NCBI GenBank assembly: GCA_030390025.1
Contig: CM059432.1
Coordinates: 149,980,001-150,044,000 of the forward strand
Direction of reading: 5' to 3'
Source of the DNA: Squalus acanthias
Lineage: Eukaryota
Length of the DNA stretch: 64,000 nucleotides
The notes beneath the pieces were generated by a model, which was given only the letters and a program-made list of their open reading frames with translations, had not been told where the DNA came from and did not search any database. Shown here piece after piece: positions 37,174-49,562 of this stretch. Numbering within the stretch: position 1 is the stretch's first letter; the number at the start of each line of letters is the position of its first letter. The position numbers and the translations under genes are program-made.

Positions 37174-40080
37174 TCAAGCTATCACACTCCCTATCACTCT
37201 GGTGTGCTCCATGTGCTTATCCAATAACCGCTTGAAAGTTCCTAAAGTGTCCGACTCCACTATCACAGCAGGCAGTCCATTCCACACCCCAACCACTCTC
37301 TGAGTAAAGAATCTACCTCGGACATCCCTTCTATATCTCCCCCCATGCACCTTATAGTTATGCCCCCTTGTAACAGCTGCCTCTACCCGAGGAAATAGTC
37401 TCTGAACATCCACTCTATCTATCCCCCTCATCATCTTATAAACCTCTATTAAGTCGCCTCTCATCCTCCTCCGCTCTAAAGAGAACAGCCCCAACTCCCT
37501 CAATCTTTCCTCATAAGACCTCCCCCACAAACCAGGCAGCATCCTGGTAAATCTCCTTTGCACTCTTTCCAATGCTTCCACGTCCTTCCTATAGTGAGGT
37601 GACCAGAACTGCACACAATATTCCAAATGTGGTCTCACCAAGGTCCTGTACAGTTGCAGCATAACCTCACGGTTCTTAAACTCAAACCCTCTGTTAATAA
37701 ACGCCAACACACCATATGCCTTCTTTACTGCTCTATCCACTTGCGTGGCAACCTTCAGAGATCTGTGGATATGAACCCCCAGATCCCTCTGCTCCTCCAC
37801 GTTCCTCAGAACCCTGCCGTTGACCCTGTAATCCTTATTCAAATTTGCCCTACCAAAATGAATCACCTCGCACTTATCAGGGTTAAATTCCATCTGCCAT
37901 TTTTCGGCCCAGCTCTGCATCCTATCAATGTCTCTTTGCAGCCTACAACTGCCCTCCACCTCATCCACTATTCCACCAATCTTGGTGTCATCAGCAAATT
38001 TACTGATCCACCCTTCAGTCCCCTCCTCCAAGTCATTGATAAAAATCACAAACAGCAGAGGACCCAGCACCGACCCCTGTGGCACACCGCTGGTAACTGG
38101 TCTCCAGTCCGAAAATGTTCCATCCACGACCACCCTCTGCCTTCTATGAGATAGCCAGTTACTTATCCAATCGGCCAAATTTCCCTCTATCCCACAACTC
38201 CTTACTTTCTTCATGAGACGACCATGGGGAACCTTATCAAACGCCTTACTAAAATCCATGTATACGACATCAACTGCTCTACCTTCATCCACACACTTAG
38301 TTACCTCCTCAAAGAATTCAATCAAATTTGTTAGGCAAGACTTACCCTTCACGAATCCGTGTTGACTATCCCTGATTAAGTTGCCCCTTTCCAAATGGTC
38401 ATAAATCCTATCCCTCAGGACCTTTTCCATTATCTTACCAACCACCGAAGTAAGACTAACCGGCCTATAATTACCAGGGTCATTCCTATTTCCTTTCTTG
38501 AAGAGAGGAACAACATTCGCCACTCTCCAGTCCTCTGGCACCATCCCCGTGGACAGTGAGGACCCAAAGATCAAAGCCAGAGGCTCTGCAATCTCCTCCC
38601 TTGCCTCCCAAAGAATCCTAGGATATATCTCATCTGGCCCAGGGGACTTATCGACCCTCAGGTTCTTCAAAATTGCTAAAACATCCTCCCTCAGAACATC
38701 TACCACCTCCAGCCTGTCCACCTTTATCACACTCTCATCCTCAAGAACATGGCCCCTCTCCTCGGTGAACACTGACGAAAAGTATTCATTCATCACCTCT
38801 CCTATCTCTTCTGACTCCATGCACAAGTTCCCACTACTGTCCTTGACCGGCCCTACCCTCACCCTGGTCATTCTTTTATTTCTCACATAAGAGTAAAAGG
38901 CCTTGGGGTTTTTCTTGATCCGACCCGCCAAGGACTTCTCATGCCCCCTCCTAGCTCTCCTAAGCTCTTTTTTTAGCTCATTCCTTGCTACCTTGTACCC
39001 CTCAATCGACCCAACTGAACCTTGTTTTCTCATCCTTACATACGCTTCCTTTTTCCTCTTGACTAGACATTCAACCTCTTTTGTGAACCATGGTTCTCTC
39101 ACTTGGCCATTTCCTCCCTGCCTGACAGGGACATACCTATCAAGGACACGCAGTAATTGCTCCATGAAAAAGCTCCACTTTTCGTTTGTGCCTTTCCCTG
39201 ATAGGTTCTGTTCCCATCTTATACTCCCTAATTCTTGCCTAATCGCATCATAATTACCCCTCCCCCAATTATAAACCCTGCCCTGCCGTATGGCCCTATC
39301 CCTCTCCATTGCAATAGTGAAAGTTACCGAATTGTGGTCACTATCTCCAAAGTGCTCTCCCACATACAAATCAAACACTTGGCCCGGTTCATTACCCAGT
39401 ACCAAATCCAACGTGGCCCCACCTCTTGTCGGCCTATCCACATATTGTGTCAGGAAACCCTCCTGCACACACTGTGCAAAAACTATCCCATCCGAACTGT
39501 TTGACCTATAAAGGTTCCAATCAATATTTGGAAAGTTGAAGTCACCCATGACAACTACTCTGTGACCTCCACACCTATTCATAATCTGCTTTGCAATTTC
39601 TTCCTCCACATCTTTATTACTATTTGGGGGCCTGTAGAAAACTCCTAACAACGTGACCGCTCCTTTCCTATTTCTAACTTCAGCCCATATTACCTCAGAC
39701 GGCAGATCCCCCTCGAACTGCCTTTCTGCCGCTGTTAAACTATCCTTGATTAACAATGCTACTCCTCCACCTTTCTTACCAACTTCCCTACTCTTACTGA
39801 AACATCTATACCCCGGAACTTCCAACAACCATTCCTGTCCCTGTTCTAACCATGTCTCCGTAATGGCCACCACATCGTAGTCCCAAGTACCAATCCACGC
39901 TCCAAGTTCTCCTACTTTATTCCGGATGCTCCTTGCATTGAAGTAGACACACTTCAAGCCATCTTCCTGTCTGCCGGTACATTCCTGCGACCTTGATACC
40001 CTCCTCAGTACCTCCCTACACTCACCACTGGCTCGTGGACTACAGCCCTTTTTCCCATCCCCCTGACAAATTAGTTTAAA
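37174..40080 (-). CDS. CR1 ORF2: APE endonuclease plus reverse transcriptase (start mechanism uncertain)
   Basis: YFNARS, ITETW, YRPP, GDFN, SDH (APE); NYRPVSLTS, QHGF, DFSKAFDKV, GVPQGSVLGP, FADD (RT); no internal stops. Confidence 0.95.
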   Translation of the reverse strand, partial: FKLICQGDGKKGCSPRASGECREVLRRVSRSQECTGRQEDGLKCVYFNARSIRNKVGELGAWIGTWDYDVVAITETWLEQGQEWLLEVPGYRCFSKSREVGKKGGGVALLIKDSLTAAERQFEGDLPSEVIWAEVRNRKGAVTLLGVFYRPPNSNKDVEEEIAKQIMNRCGGHRVVVMGDFNFPNIDWNLYRSNSSDGIVFAQCVQEGFLTQYVDRPTRGGATLDLVLGNEPGQVFDLYVGEHFGDSDHNSVTFTIAMERDRAIRQGRVYNWGRGNYDAIRQELGSIRWEQNLSGKGTNEKWSFFMEQLLRVLDRYVPVRQGGNGQVREPWFTKEVECLVKRKKEAYVRMRKQGSVGSIEGYKVARNELKKELRRARRGHEKSLAGRIKKNPKAFYSYVRNKRMTRVRVGPVKDSSGNLCMESEEIGEVMNEYFSSVFTEERGHVLEDESVIKVDRLEVVDVLREDVLAILKNLRVDKSPGPDEIYPRILWEAREEIAEPLALIFGSSLSTGMVPEDWRVANVVPLFKKGNRNDPGNYRPVSLTSVVGKIMEKVLRDRIYDHLERGNLIRDSQHGFVKGKSCLTNLIEFFEEVTKCVDEGRAVDVVYMDFSKAFDKVPHGRLMKKVRSCGIEGNLADWISNWLSHRRQRVVVDGTFSDWRPVTSGVPQGSVLGPLLFVIFINDLEEGTEGWISKFADDTKIGGIVDEVEGSCRLQRDIDRMQSWAEKWQMEFNPDKCEVIHFGRANLNKDYRVNGRVLRNVEEQRDLGVHIHRSLKVATQVDRAVKKAYGVLAFINRGFEFKNREVMLQLYRTLVRPHLEYCVQFWSPHYRKDVEALERVQRRFTRMLPGLWGRSYEERLRELGLFSLERRRMRGDLIEVYKMMRGIDRVDVQRLFPRVEAAVTRGHNYKVHGGRYRRDVRGRFFTQRVVGVWNGLPAVIVESDTLGTFKRLLDKHMEHTRVIGSVIA

Positions 40081-40997
40081 CCCCCCCGAAGAGCCGTAGC
40101 AAATTTCCCTCCCAGGATATTGGTGCCCCTCTGGTTCAGGTGCAAACCGTCCTGTTTGTACAGGTCCCACCTTCCCCAGAATGTGCTCCAATTATCCACA
40201 TAACTGAAACCCTCCCCCCTACACCATCCCTGCAGCCACGTGTTTATCTGCACTCTCTCCCTGTTCCTCAACTCGCTAGCACGTGGCACCGGCAACAAAC
40301 CAGAAATTACAACATGGTTTGTACTGGCTCTCAGCTTCCAACCTAGCTCCCTAAATTCCTGTTTTAAATCCCCGTCCCTTCTCCTACCTATGTCGTTGGT
40401 ACCGATGTGTACCACGACTTGTGATTGTTCCCCTTCCCCTTTGAGGATTCTGAAAACACGGTCCGAGACGTCACGGACCCTGGCACCCGGGAGGCAACAT
40501 ACCATCCGTGAGTCTCTTTTGCTGCCACAGAACCTCCTATCTGTCCCTCTGACTATTGAGTCCCCAATAACTATTGCTCTCCTGCTCTCCCCCCTTCCCT
40601 TCTGAGCCACAGGGACGGACCCAGCGCCGGAGATCCGGTCACCGTGGCTTACCACTGGTAAGTCGTCCCCCTCAACAGTATTCAAAGCGGTATACCTGTT
40701 ACTGAGGGGAACGACCACAGAGGATCCCTGCACTGACTGCTTCCTCCCAGCCCCTCTCACCGTCACCCATCTATCTTCATGCTTAGGAGTAATTACATCC
40801 CTGAAGCTTCTATCTATGACCTCCTCTGCCTCCCGAATGATCCGAAGTTCATCCAGCTCCAGCTCCAGTTCCCTAACACGGTTTTCGAGGAGCTGGAGAT
40901 GGGTGCACTTCCCACAGGTGTAATCAGCAGGGACACCTATGGCGTCCCTCACCTCAAACATTCTGCAGGAAGAACATTTCACTGCCTCCCCTGCCAT
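40071..40997 (-). CDS. CR1 ORF1p, 308 aa: zinc finger, leucine zipper, SGNH-type esterase
   Basis: CSSC..CGKC, LENRVRELELELDEL, IGDS, PGAR, HIGTND, DGLHLN. Confidence 0.95.
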   Translation of the reverse strand: MAGEAVKCSSCRMFEVRDAIGVPADYTCGKCTHLQLLENRVRELELELDELRIIREAEEVIDRSFRDVITPKHEDRWVTVRGAGRKQSVQGSSVVVPLSNRYTALNTVEGDDLPVVSHGDRISGAGSVPVAQKGRGESRRAIVIGDSIVRGTDRRFCGSKRDSRMVCCLPGARVRDVSDRVFRILKGEGEQSQVVVHIGTNDIGRRRDGDLKQEFRELGWKLRASTNHVVISGLLPVPRASELRNRERVQINTWLQGWCRGEGFSYVDNWSTFWGRWDLYKQDGLHLNQRGTNILGGKFATALRGGLN

Positions 40998-41898
40998 CCC
41001 CTCCAGCTAACTTGCAGATTAAACTACAACAAAAAAGAGCTTACCTTATAGTCACTCACCTCCTTTAGGTTAGAGGAGGAGGAAGGGTGGGGGACACTAC
41101 AAGTGTAGTGTCTCGGGTTTAGGAACCGCCCAACTTATATACAGGTAAAAAATTAATCACCTACCCAGCAACCACTGCGTCCCGCACTTTAAAAGCCTCT
41201 GTGGGTCTACCTGGTCACCGCCGCCTCTTGAGTCCTTCGCCTCGCCGCAGCCGCTCCACCGCCTCTGTGGGCCTACCTGGTCACCGCCGCCTCGAGTCCT
41301 TAAAGCACCACTTAAAGCTAGCCTGCACTACTTATAGGAAGTCTGCACCTCTTAAAGGGGAGGTGCATTCTGCCTGCAGCAGCTCATTGAACTGGCTGTG
41401 GAAGAGAGTGAGAGGAGGAGAAAAAAAAAATATTTCACAACCAGGGAGAGAGCGTGCACCTAGGTTTTCCGATGCAGCACTGGAGGCCTTGGTGCAGGAG
41501 TTCAACTCGAAGAGAGAGGTGCTGTTTCCACAGGGGGCCAGGAAGCCCTCCAGGCAACATGTGTAAAGTCCAATGGGGACAGATAGCCACTGTGGTAAAT
41601 GCCAGCAGTTTAGCTCTGAGGACCTGGATGCAGTGCAGGAAGAAGTTTAATGACCTCACACATGATCAAGGTCAGTGGATTCATCTTCAAATGCCAGATC
41701 CCACCATCTGCACCGCTAGCCTCACACACTGCTCAATGCATCACATCCTCATCAATCACCTACCAACAATCTCTACCAAACACGTCTCACACCTCACATT
41801 TATAGCTTCACCTCACCCTCACGCACTTACCACTGCTGCAAGCCTCACACCCACATCTCACAGCTTGCATATACTGTCAGCTATTCAACCATGACAAG

Positions 41899-44800
41899 CA
41901 TATCACCAAACACATTGCACCACACTCACTGACATACATCACCCAAACACATTGCACCACACTCACTGACACACATCACCCAAACACATTGCACCACACT
42001 CACTGACACACTTCACCCAAACACATTGCACCACACTCACTGACACACATCACCCAAACACATTGCACCACACTCACTGACACACTTCACCCAAACACAT
42101 TGCACCACACTCACTGACACACACATCACCCAAACACATTGCACCACACTCACTGACACACTTCATCCAAACACATTGCACCACACTCACTGACACACAT
42201 CACCCAAACACATTGCACCGCACTCACTGACACACATCACCCAAACACATTGCACCACACTCACTGACACACACATCACCCAAACACATTGCACCACACT
42301 CACTGACACACATCACCCAAACACATTGCACCACACTCACTGACACACTTCACCCAAACACATTGCACCACACTCACTGACACACATCACCCAAACACAT
42401 TGCACCACACTCACTGACACACATCACCCAAACACATTGCACCACACTCACTGACACACTTCACCCAAACACATTGCACCACACTCACTGACACACACTT
42501 CATCCAAACACATTGCACCACACTCACTGACACACACTTCACCCAAATATATTGCACCACACTCACTGACACACATCACCCAATCACATTGCACCACACT
42601 CACTGACTCACTTCACCCAAACACATTGCACCACACTCACTGACACACACATCACCCAAACACATTGCACCACACTCACTGACACACTTCACCCAAACAC
42701 ATTGCACCACACTCACTGACACACACTTCACCCAAACACATTGCACCACACTCACTGACACACATCACCCAAACACATTGCACCACACTCACTGACACAC
42801 TTCACCCAAACACATTGCACCACACTCACTGACACACACATCACCCAAACACATTGCACCACACTCACTGACACACTTCATCCAAACACATTGCACCACA
42901 CTCACTGACACACATCACCCAAACACATTGCACCGCACTCACTGACACACATCACCCAAACACATTGCACCACACTCACTGACACACACATCACCCAAAC
43001 ACATTGCACCACACTCACTGACACACACATCACCCAAACACATTGCACCATACTGACTGACACACATCACCCAAACACATTGCACCACACTCACTGACAC
43101 ACACATCACCCAAACACATTGCACCATACTGACTGACACACATCACCCAAACACATTGCACCACACTCACTGACACACACTTCATCCAAACACATTGCAC
43201 CACACTCACTGACACACACTTCACCCAAACACATTGCACCACACTCACTGACACACATCACCCAATCACATTGCACCACACTCACTGACTCACTTCAACC
43301 AAACACATTGCACCACACTCACTGACACACACATCACCCAAACACATTGCACCACACTCACTGACACACATCACCCAAACACATTGCACCACACTCACTG
43401 ACACACACATCACCCAAACACATTGCACCACACTCACTGACACACTTCACCCAAACATATTGCACCACACTCACTGACACACACATTACCCAAACACATT
43501 GCACCACACTCACTGACACACACATCACCCAAACACATTGCACCACACTCACTGACACACACATCACCCAAACACATTGGACCATACTGACTGACACACA
43601 TCACCCAAACACATTGCACCACACTCACTGACACACTTCACCCAAACACATTGCACCACACTCACTGACACACACTTCACCCAAACACATTGCACCACAC
43701 TCACTGACACACATCACCCAAACACATTGCACCACACTCACTGACACACTTCACCCAAACACATTGCACCACACTCACTGACACACACTTCATCCAAACA
43801 CATTGCACCACACTCACTGACACACACTTCACCCAAACACATTGCACCACACTCACTGACACACATCACCCAATCACATTGCACCACACTCACTGACTCA
43901 CTTCAACCAAACACATTGCACCACACTCACTGACACACACATCACCCAAAGACATTGCACCACACTCACTGACACACACATCACCCAAACACATTGCACC
44001 ACACTCACTGACACACATCACCCAAACACATTGCACCACACTCACTGACACACACATCACCCAAACACATTGCACCACACTCACTGACACACTTCACCCA
44101 AACATATTGCACCACACTCACTGACACACACATTACCCAAACACATTGCACCACACTCACTGACACACTTCACCCAAACACATTGCACCACACTCACTGA
44201 CACACACATCACCCAAACACATTGCACCACACTCACTGACACACACATCACCCAAACACATTGCACCACACTCACTGACACACTTCACCCAAACACATTG
44301 CACCACACTCACTGACACACTTCACCCAAACACATTGCACCACACTCACTGACACACTTCACCCAAACACATTGCACCACACTCACTGACACACATCACC
44401 CAAACACATTGCACCACACTCACTGACACACTTCACCCAAACACATTGCATCACACTCACTGACACACACATCACCCAAACACATTGCACCACACTCACT
44501 GACACACACTTCACCCAAACACATTGCACCACACTCACTGACACACACATCACCCAAACACATTGCACCACACTCACTGACACACACATCACCCAAACAC
44601 ATTGCACCACACTCACTGACACACACTTCACCCAAACACATTGCAATACACTCACTGACACACATCACCCAAACACATTGCACCACACTCACTGACACAC
44701 ATCACCCAAACACATTGCACCACACTCACTGACACACATCACCCAAACACATTGCACCACACTCACTGACACACTTCACCCAAACACATTGCACCACACT

Positions 44801-47800
44801 CACTGACTCACTTCACCCAAACACATTGCACCACACTCACTGACACACATCACCCAAACACATTGCACCACACTCACTGACACACATCACCCTAACACAT
44901 TGCACCACACTCACTGACTCACTTCACCCAAACACATTGCACCACACTCACTGACACACTTCACCCAAACACATTGCACCACACTCACTGACACACACTT
45001 CACCCAAACACATTGCACCACACTCACTGACACACCACCCAAACACATTGCACCACACTCACTGACACACATCACCCAAACACATTGCACCACACTCACT
45101 GACACACACTTCATCCAAACACATTGCACCACACTCACTGACACACACTTCACCCAAACACATTGCACCACACTCACTGGCACACATCACCCAAACACAT
45201 TGCACCGCACTCACTGACACACACTTCACCCAAACACATTGCACCACACTCACTGACACACACATCACCCAAACACATTGCACCACACTCACTGACACAC
45301 ACATCACCCAAACACATTGCACCACACTCACTGACACACATCACCCAAACACATTGCACCACACTCACTGACACATATCACCCAATCACATTGCACCACA
45401 CTCACTGACTCACTTCACCCAAACACATTGCACCACACTCACTGACACACATCACCCAAACACATTGCACCACACTCACTGACACACTTCACCCAAACAC
45501 ATTGCACCACACTCACTGACACACACATCACCCAAACACATTGCACCACACTCACTGACACACTTCACCCAAACACATTGCACCACACTCACTGACACAC
45601 ACATCACCCAAACACATTGCACCACACTCACTGACACACTTCACACAAACACATTGCACCACACTCACTGACACACATCACCCAAACACATTGCACCACA
45701 CTCACTGACACACTTCACCCAAACACATTGCACCACACTCACTGACACACACATCACCCAAACACATTGCACCACACTCACTGACACACTTCACCCAAAC
45801 ACATTGCACCACACTCACTGACACACATCACCCAAACACATTGCACCACACTCACTGACACACATCACCCAAACACATTGCACCACACTCACTGACACAC
45901 TTCACCCAAACACATTGCACCACACTCACTGACACACTTCACCCAAACACATTGCACAACACTCACTGACACACTTCACCCAAACACGTTGCACCACACT
46001 CACTGACACACTTCACCCAAACACATTGCATCACACTCACTGACACACATCACCCAAACACATTGCACCACACTCACTGACAGACACATCACCCAAACAC
46101 ATTGCATCACACTCACTGACACACACATCACCCAAACACATTGCACAACACTCACTGACACACACTTCACCCAAACACATTGCACCACACTCACTGACAC
46201 ACACATCACCCAAACACATTGCACCACACTCACTGACACACACTTCACCCAAACACATTGCACCACACTCACTGACACACTTCACCCAAACACATTGCAC
46301 CACACTCAATGACACACACATCACCCAAACACATTGCACCACACTCACTGACACACTTCACCCAAACACATTGCACCACACTCACTGATACACACATCAC
46401 CCAAACACATTGCACCACACTCACTGACACACTTCACCCAAACACATTGCATCACACTCACTGACTCACACATCACCCAAACACATTGCACCACACTCAC
46501 TGACTCACACATCACCCAAACACATTGCACCACACTCACTGACTCACACATCACCCAAACACATTGCACCACACTCACTGACACACTTCACCCAAACACA
46601 TTGCACCACACTCACTGATACACACATCACCCAAACACATTGCACAACACTCACTGACACACATCACCCAAACACATTGCACCACACTCACTGACACACA
46701 CTTCACCCAAACACATTGCACCACACTCACTGACACACATCACCCAAACACATTGCACCACACTCACTGACACACTTCACCCAAACACATTGCACCACAC
46801 TCACTGACACAGTTCACCCAAACACATTGCACCACACTCACTTACACACTTCACCCAAACACATTGCACCACACTCACTGACACACACATCACCCAAACA
46901 CATTGCACCACACTCACTGACACACACTTCACCCAAACACATTGCACCACACTCACTGACACACACTTCACCCAAACACATTGCACCACACTCACTGACA
47001 CACTTCACCCAAACACATTGCACCACACTCACTGACACACACATCACCCAAACACATTGCACCACACTCACTGACACCCTTCACCCAAACACATTGCACC
47101 ACACTCACTGACACACACATCACCCAAACACATTGCACCACACTCACTGACACACACATCACCCAAACACATTGCACCACACTCACTGACACACTTCACC
47201 CAAACACATTGCATCACACTCACTGACACACATCACCCAAACACATTGCACCACACTCACTGACACACATCACCCAAACACATTGCACCACACTCACTGA
47301 CACACATCACCCAAACACATTGCACCACACTCACTGACACACTTCACCCAAACACATTGCACCACACTCACTGACACACTTCACCCAAACACATTGCACC
47401 ACACTCACTGACACACACATCACCCAAACACATTGCACCACACTCACTGACTCACTTCACCCAAACACATTGCACCACACTCACTGACACACACATCACC
47501 CAAACACATTGCACCACACTCACTGACACACACTTCACCCAAACACATTACACCACACTCACTGACGCACTTCACCCAAACACATTGCACCACACTCACT
47601 GACACACATCACCCAAACACATTGCACCACACTCACTGACACACATCACCCAAACACATTGCACCACACTCACTGACACACACATCACCCAAACACATTG
47701 CACCACACTCACTGACTCACTTCACCCAAACACATTGCACCACACTCACTGACACACACATCACCCAAACACATTGCACCACACTCACTGACACACACTT

Positions 47801-49082
47801 CACCCAAACACATTACACCACACTCACTGACGCACTTCACCCAAACACATTGCACCACACTCACTGACACACATCACCCAAACACATTGCACCACATTCA
47901 CTGACACACACATCACCCAAACACATTGCACCACACTCACTGACACACATCACCCAAACACATTGCACCACACTCACTGACACACTTCACCCAAACACAT
48001 TGCACCACACTCACTGACACACTTCACCCAAACACATTGCACCACACTCACTGACACACTTCACCCAAACACATTGCACCACACTCACTGACACACTTCA
48101 CCCAAACACATTGCACCACACTCACTGACACACATCACCCAAACACATTGCACCACACTCACTGACACACACTTCATCCAAACACATTGCACCACACTCA
48201 CTGACACACACTTCACCCAAACACATTGTACCACACTCACTGACACACTTCACCCAATCACATTGCACCACACTCACTGACTCACTTCACCCAAACACAT
48301 TGCACCACACTCACTGACTCACTTCACCCAAACACATTGCACCACACTCACTGACACACACATCACCCAAACACATTGCACCACACTCACTGACACACAC
48401 ATCACCCAAACACATTGCACCACACTCACTGACACACTTCACCCAAACACATTGCACCACACTCACTGACACACACATCACCCAAACACATTGCACCACA
48501 CTCACTGACACACACTTCACCCAAACACATTGCACCACACTCACTGACACACTTCACCCAAACACATTGCACCACACTCACTGACACACACATCACCCAA
48601 ACACATTGCACCACACTCACTGACACACACATCATCCAAACACATTGCACCACACTCACTGACACACACTTCACCCAAACACATTGCACCACACTCACTG
48701 ACACACTTCACCCAAACACATTGCACCACACTCACTGACTCACACATCACCCAAACACATTGCACCACACTCACTGACACACATCACCCAAACACATTGC
48801 ACCACACTCACTGACACACACATCACCCAAACACATTGCACCACACTCACTGACACACATCACCCAAACACATTGCACCACACTCCCTGACACACATCAC
48901 CCAAACACATTGCACCACTCTCACTGACACACATCACCCAAACACATTGCACCACACTCACTGACACACTTCACCCAAACACATTGCACCACACTCACTG
49001 ACACACATCACCCAAACACATTGCACCACACTCACTGACACACACTTCACCCAAACACATTGCACCACACTCACTGACACAC
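41899..49082. repeat. ~7.2-kb satellite of 37/39-bp units ACACATCACCCAAACACATTGCACCACACTCACTGAC(AC), roughly 190 copies
   Basis: Direct inspection; main variants are CAT/CTT and +/- one CA dinucleotide. Confidence 0.97.
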
Positions 49083-49562
49083 TTCCCTTTCTCTTGCAGG
49101 AAAAGGTGGCGCATAACCGGCGCCAGCAGAACCTAACCGGCGGGGGACAGGCTCACCTGCATCACCTCACCCCCATGGAGGAGACGGTGCTGGCCATTCT
49201 TGGGAGTGGTGTCGCGGCACCCTTGGCCAGCGGCAGGGCTGAAAGATTACAAGAGGCCGATATCCTCATACGTAATCCTTCTTCTCACATCACACTTCCC
49301 CCTCATCCCACAATCTCTTCTGATCTACAAGCGGCACATGGTGTCAGCATGCACCTCTTTTATCCCCCCCTCCCCTCACCTCATCCTTACCCTTGCGCCT
49401 TTCTCATTTCAGAGAACCAAGAAATCCAATCTGACTGCCAGTAATGCAAAAAGAAGAGGGAGAGGAGAGTGATAATGAGGAACGAACACCGTCACTCGAT
49501 CTGGCACTCACAGCCACCAGCTCAGATGTTGGCACTGCGTGGACTTTAGCGTGTACCTTGGA

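Larger units (their letters stand above)
37091..41300 (-). mobile_element. Full-length, apparently intact CR1 LINE (~4.2 kb)
   Basis: Two uninterrupted ORFs, ~300-nt 5'UTR with a tandem repeat, short 3'UTR and (TTCTATG)n tail at 37091-37110. Confidence 0.97.
36918..49560 (+). mobile_element. Harbinger copy 4 (left end plus Myb pseudogene), hosting a full-length CR1 and the satellite
   Basis: GGCCTAGAAATTC after TAT; 36918-37090 joined to 41300-41430 is colinear with the end of copy 5; exon 1 PRFSDAALEALVQE..WMQCRKKFNDLT (to 41670), exon 2 EKVAHNRRQQNLTGGG from 49100, exon 3 stub from ~49413. Confidence 0.88.

Noticed and set aside
41899..49082. CRISPR-like periodicity and many short Cys/Val-rich ORFs
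   Set aside because: Units are head-to-tail with no unique spacers and no cas genes; the ORFs are translations of the satellite.
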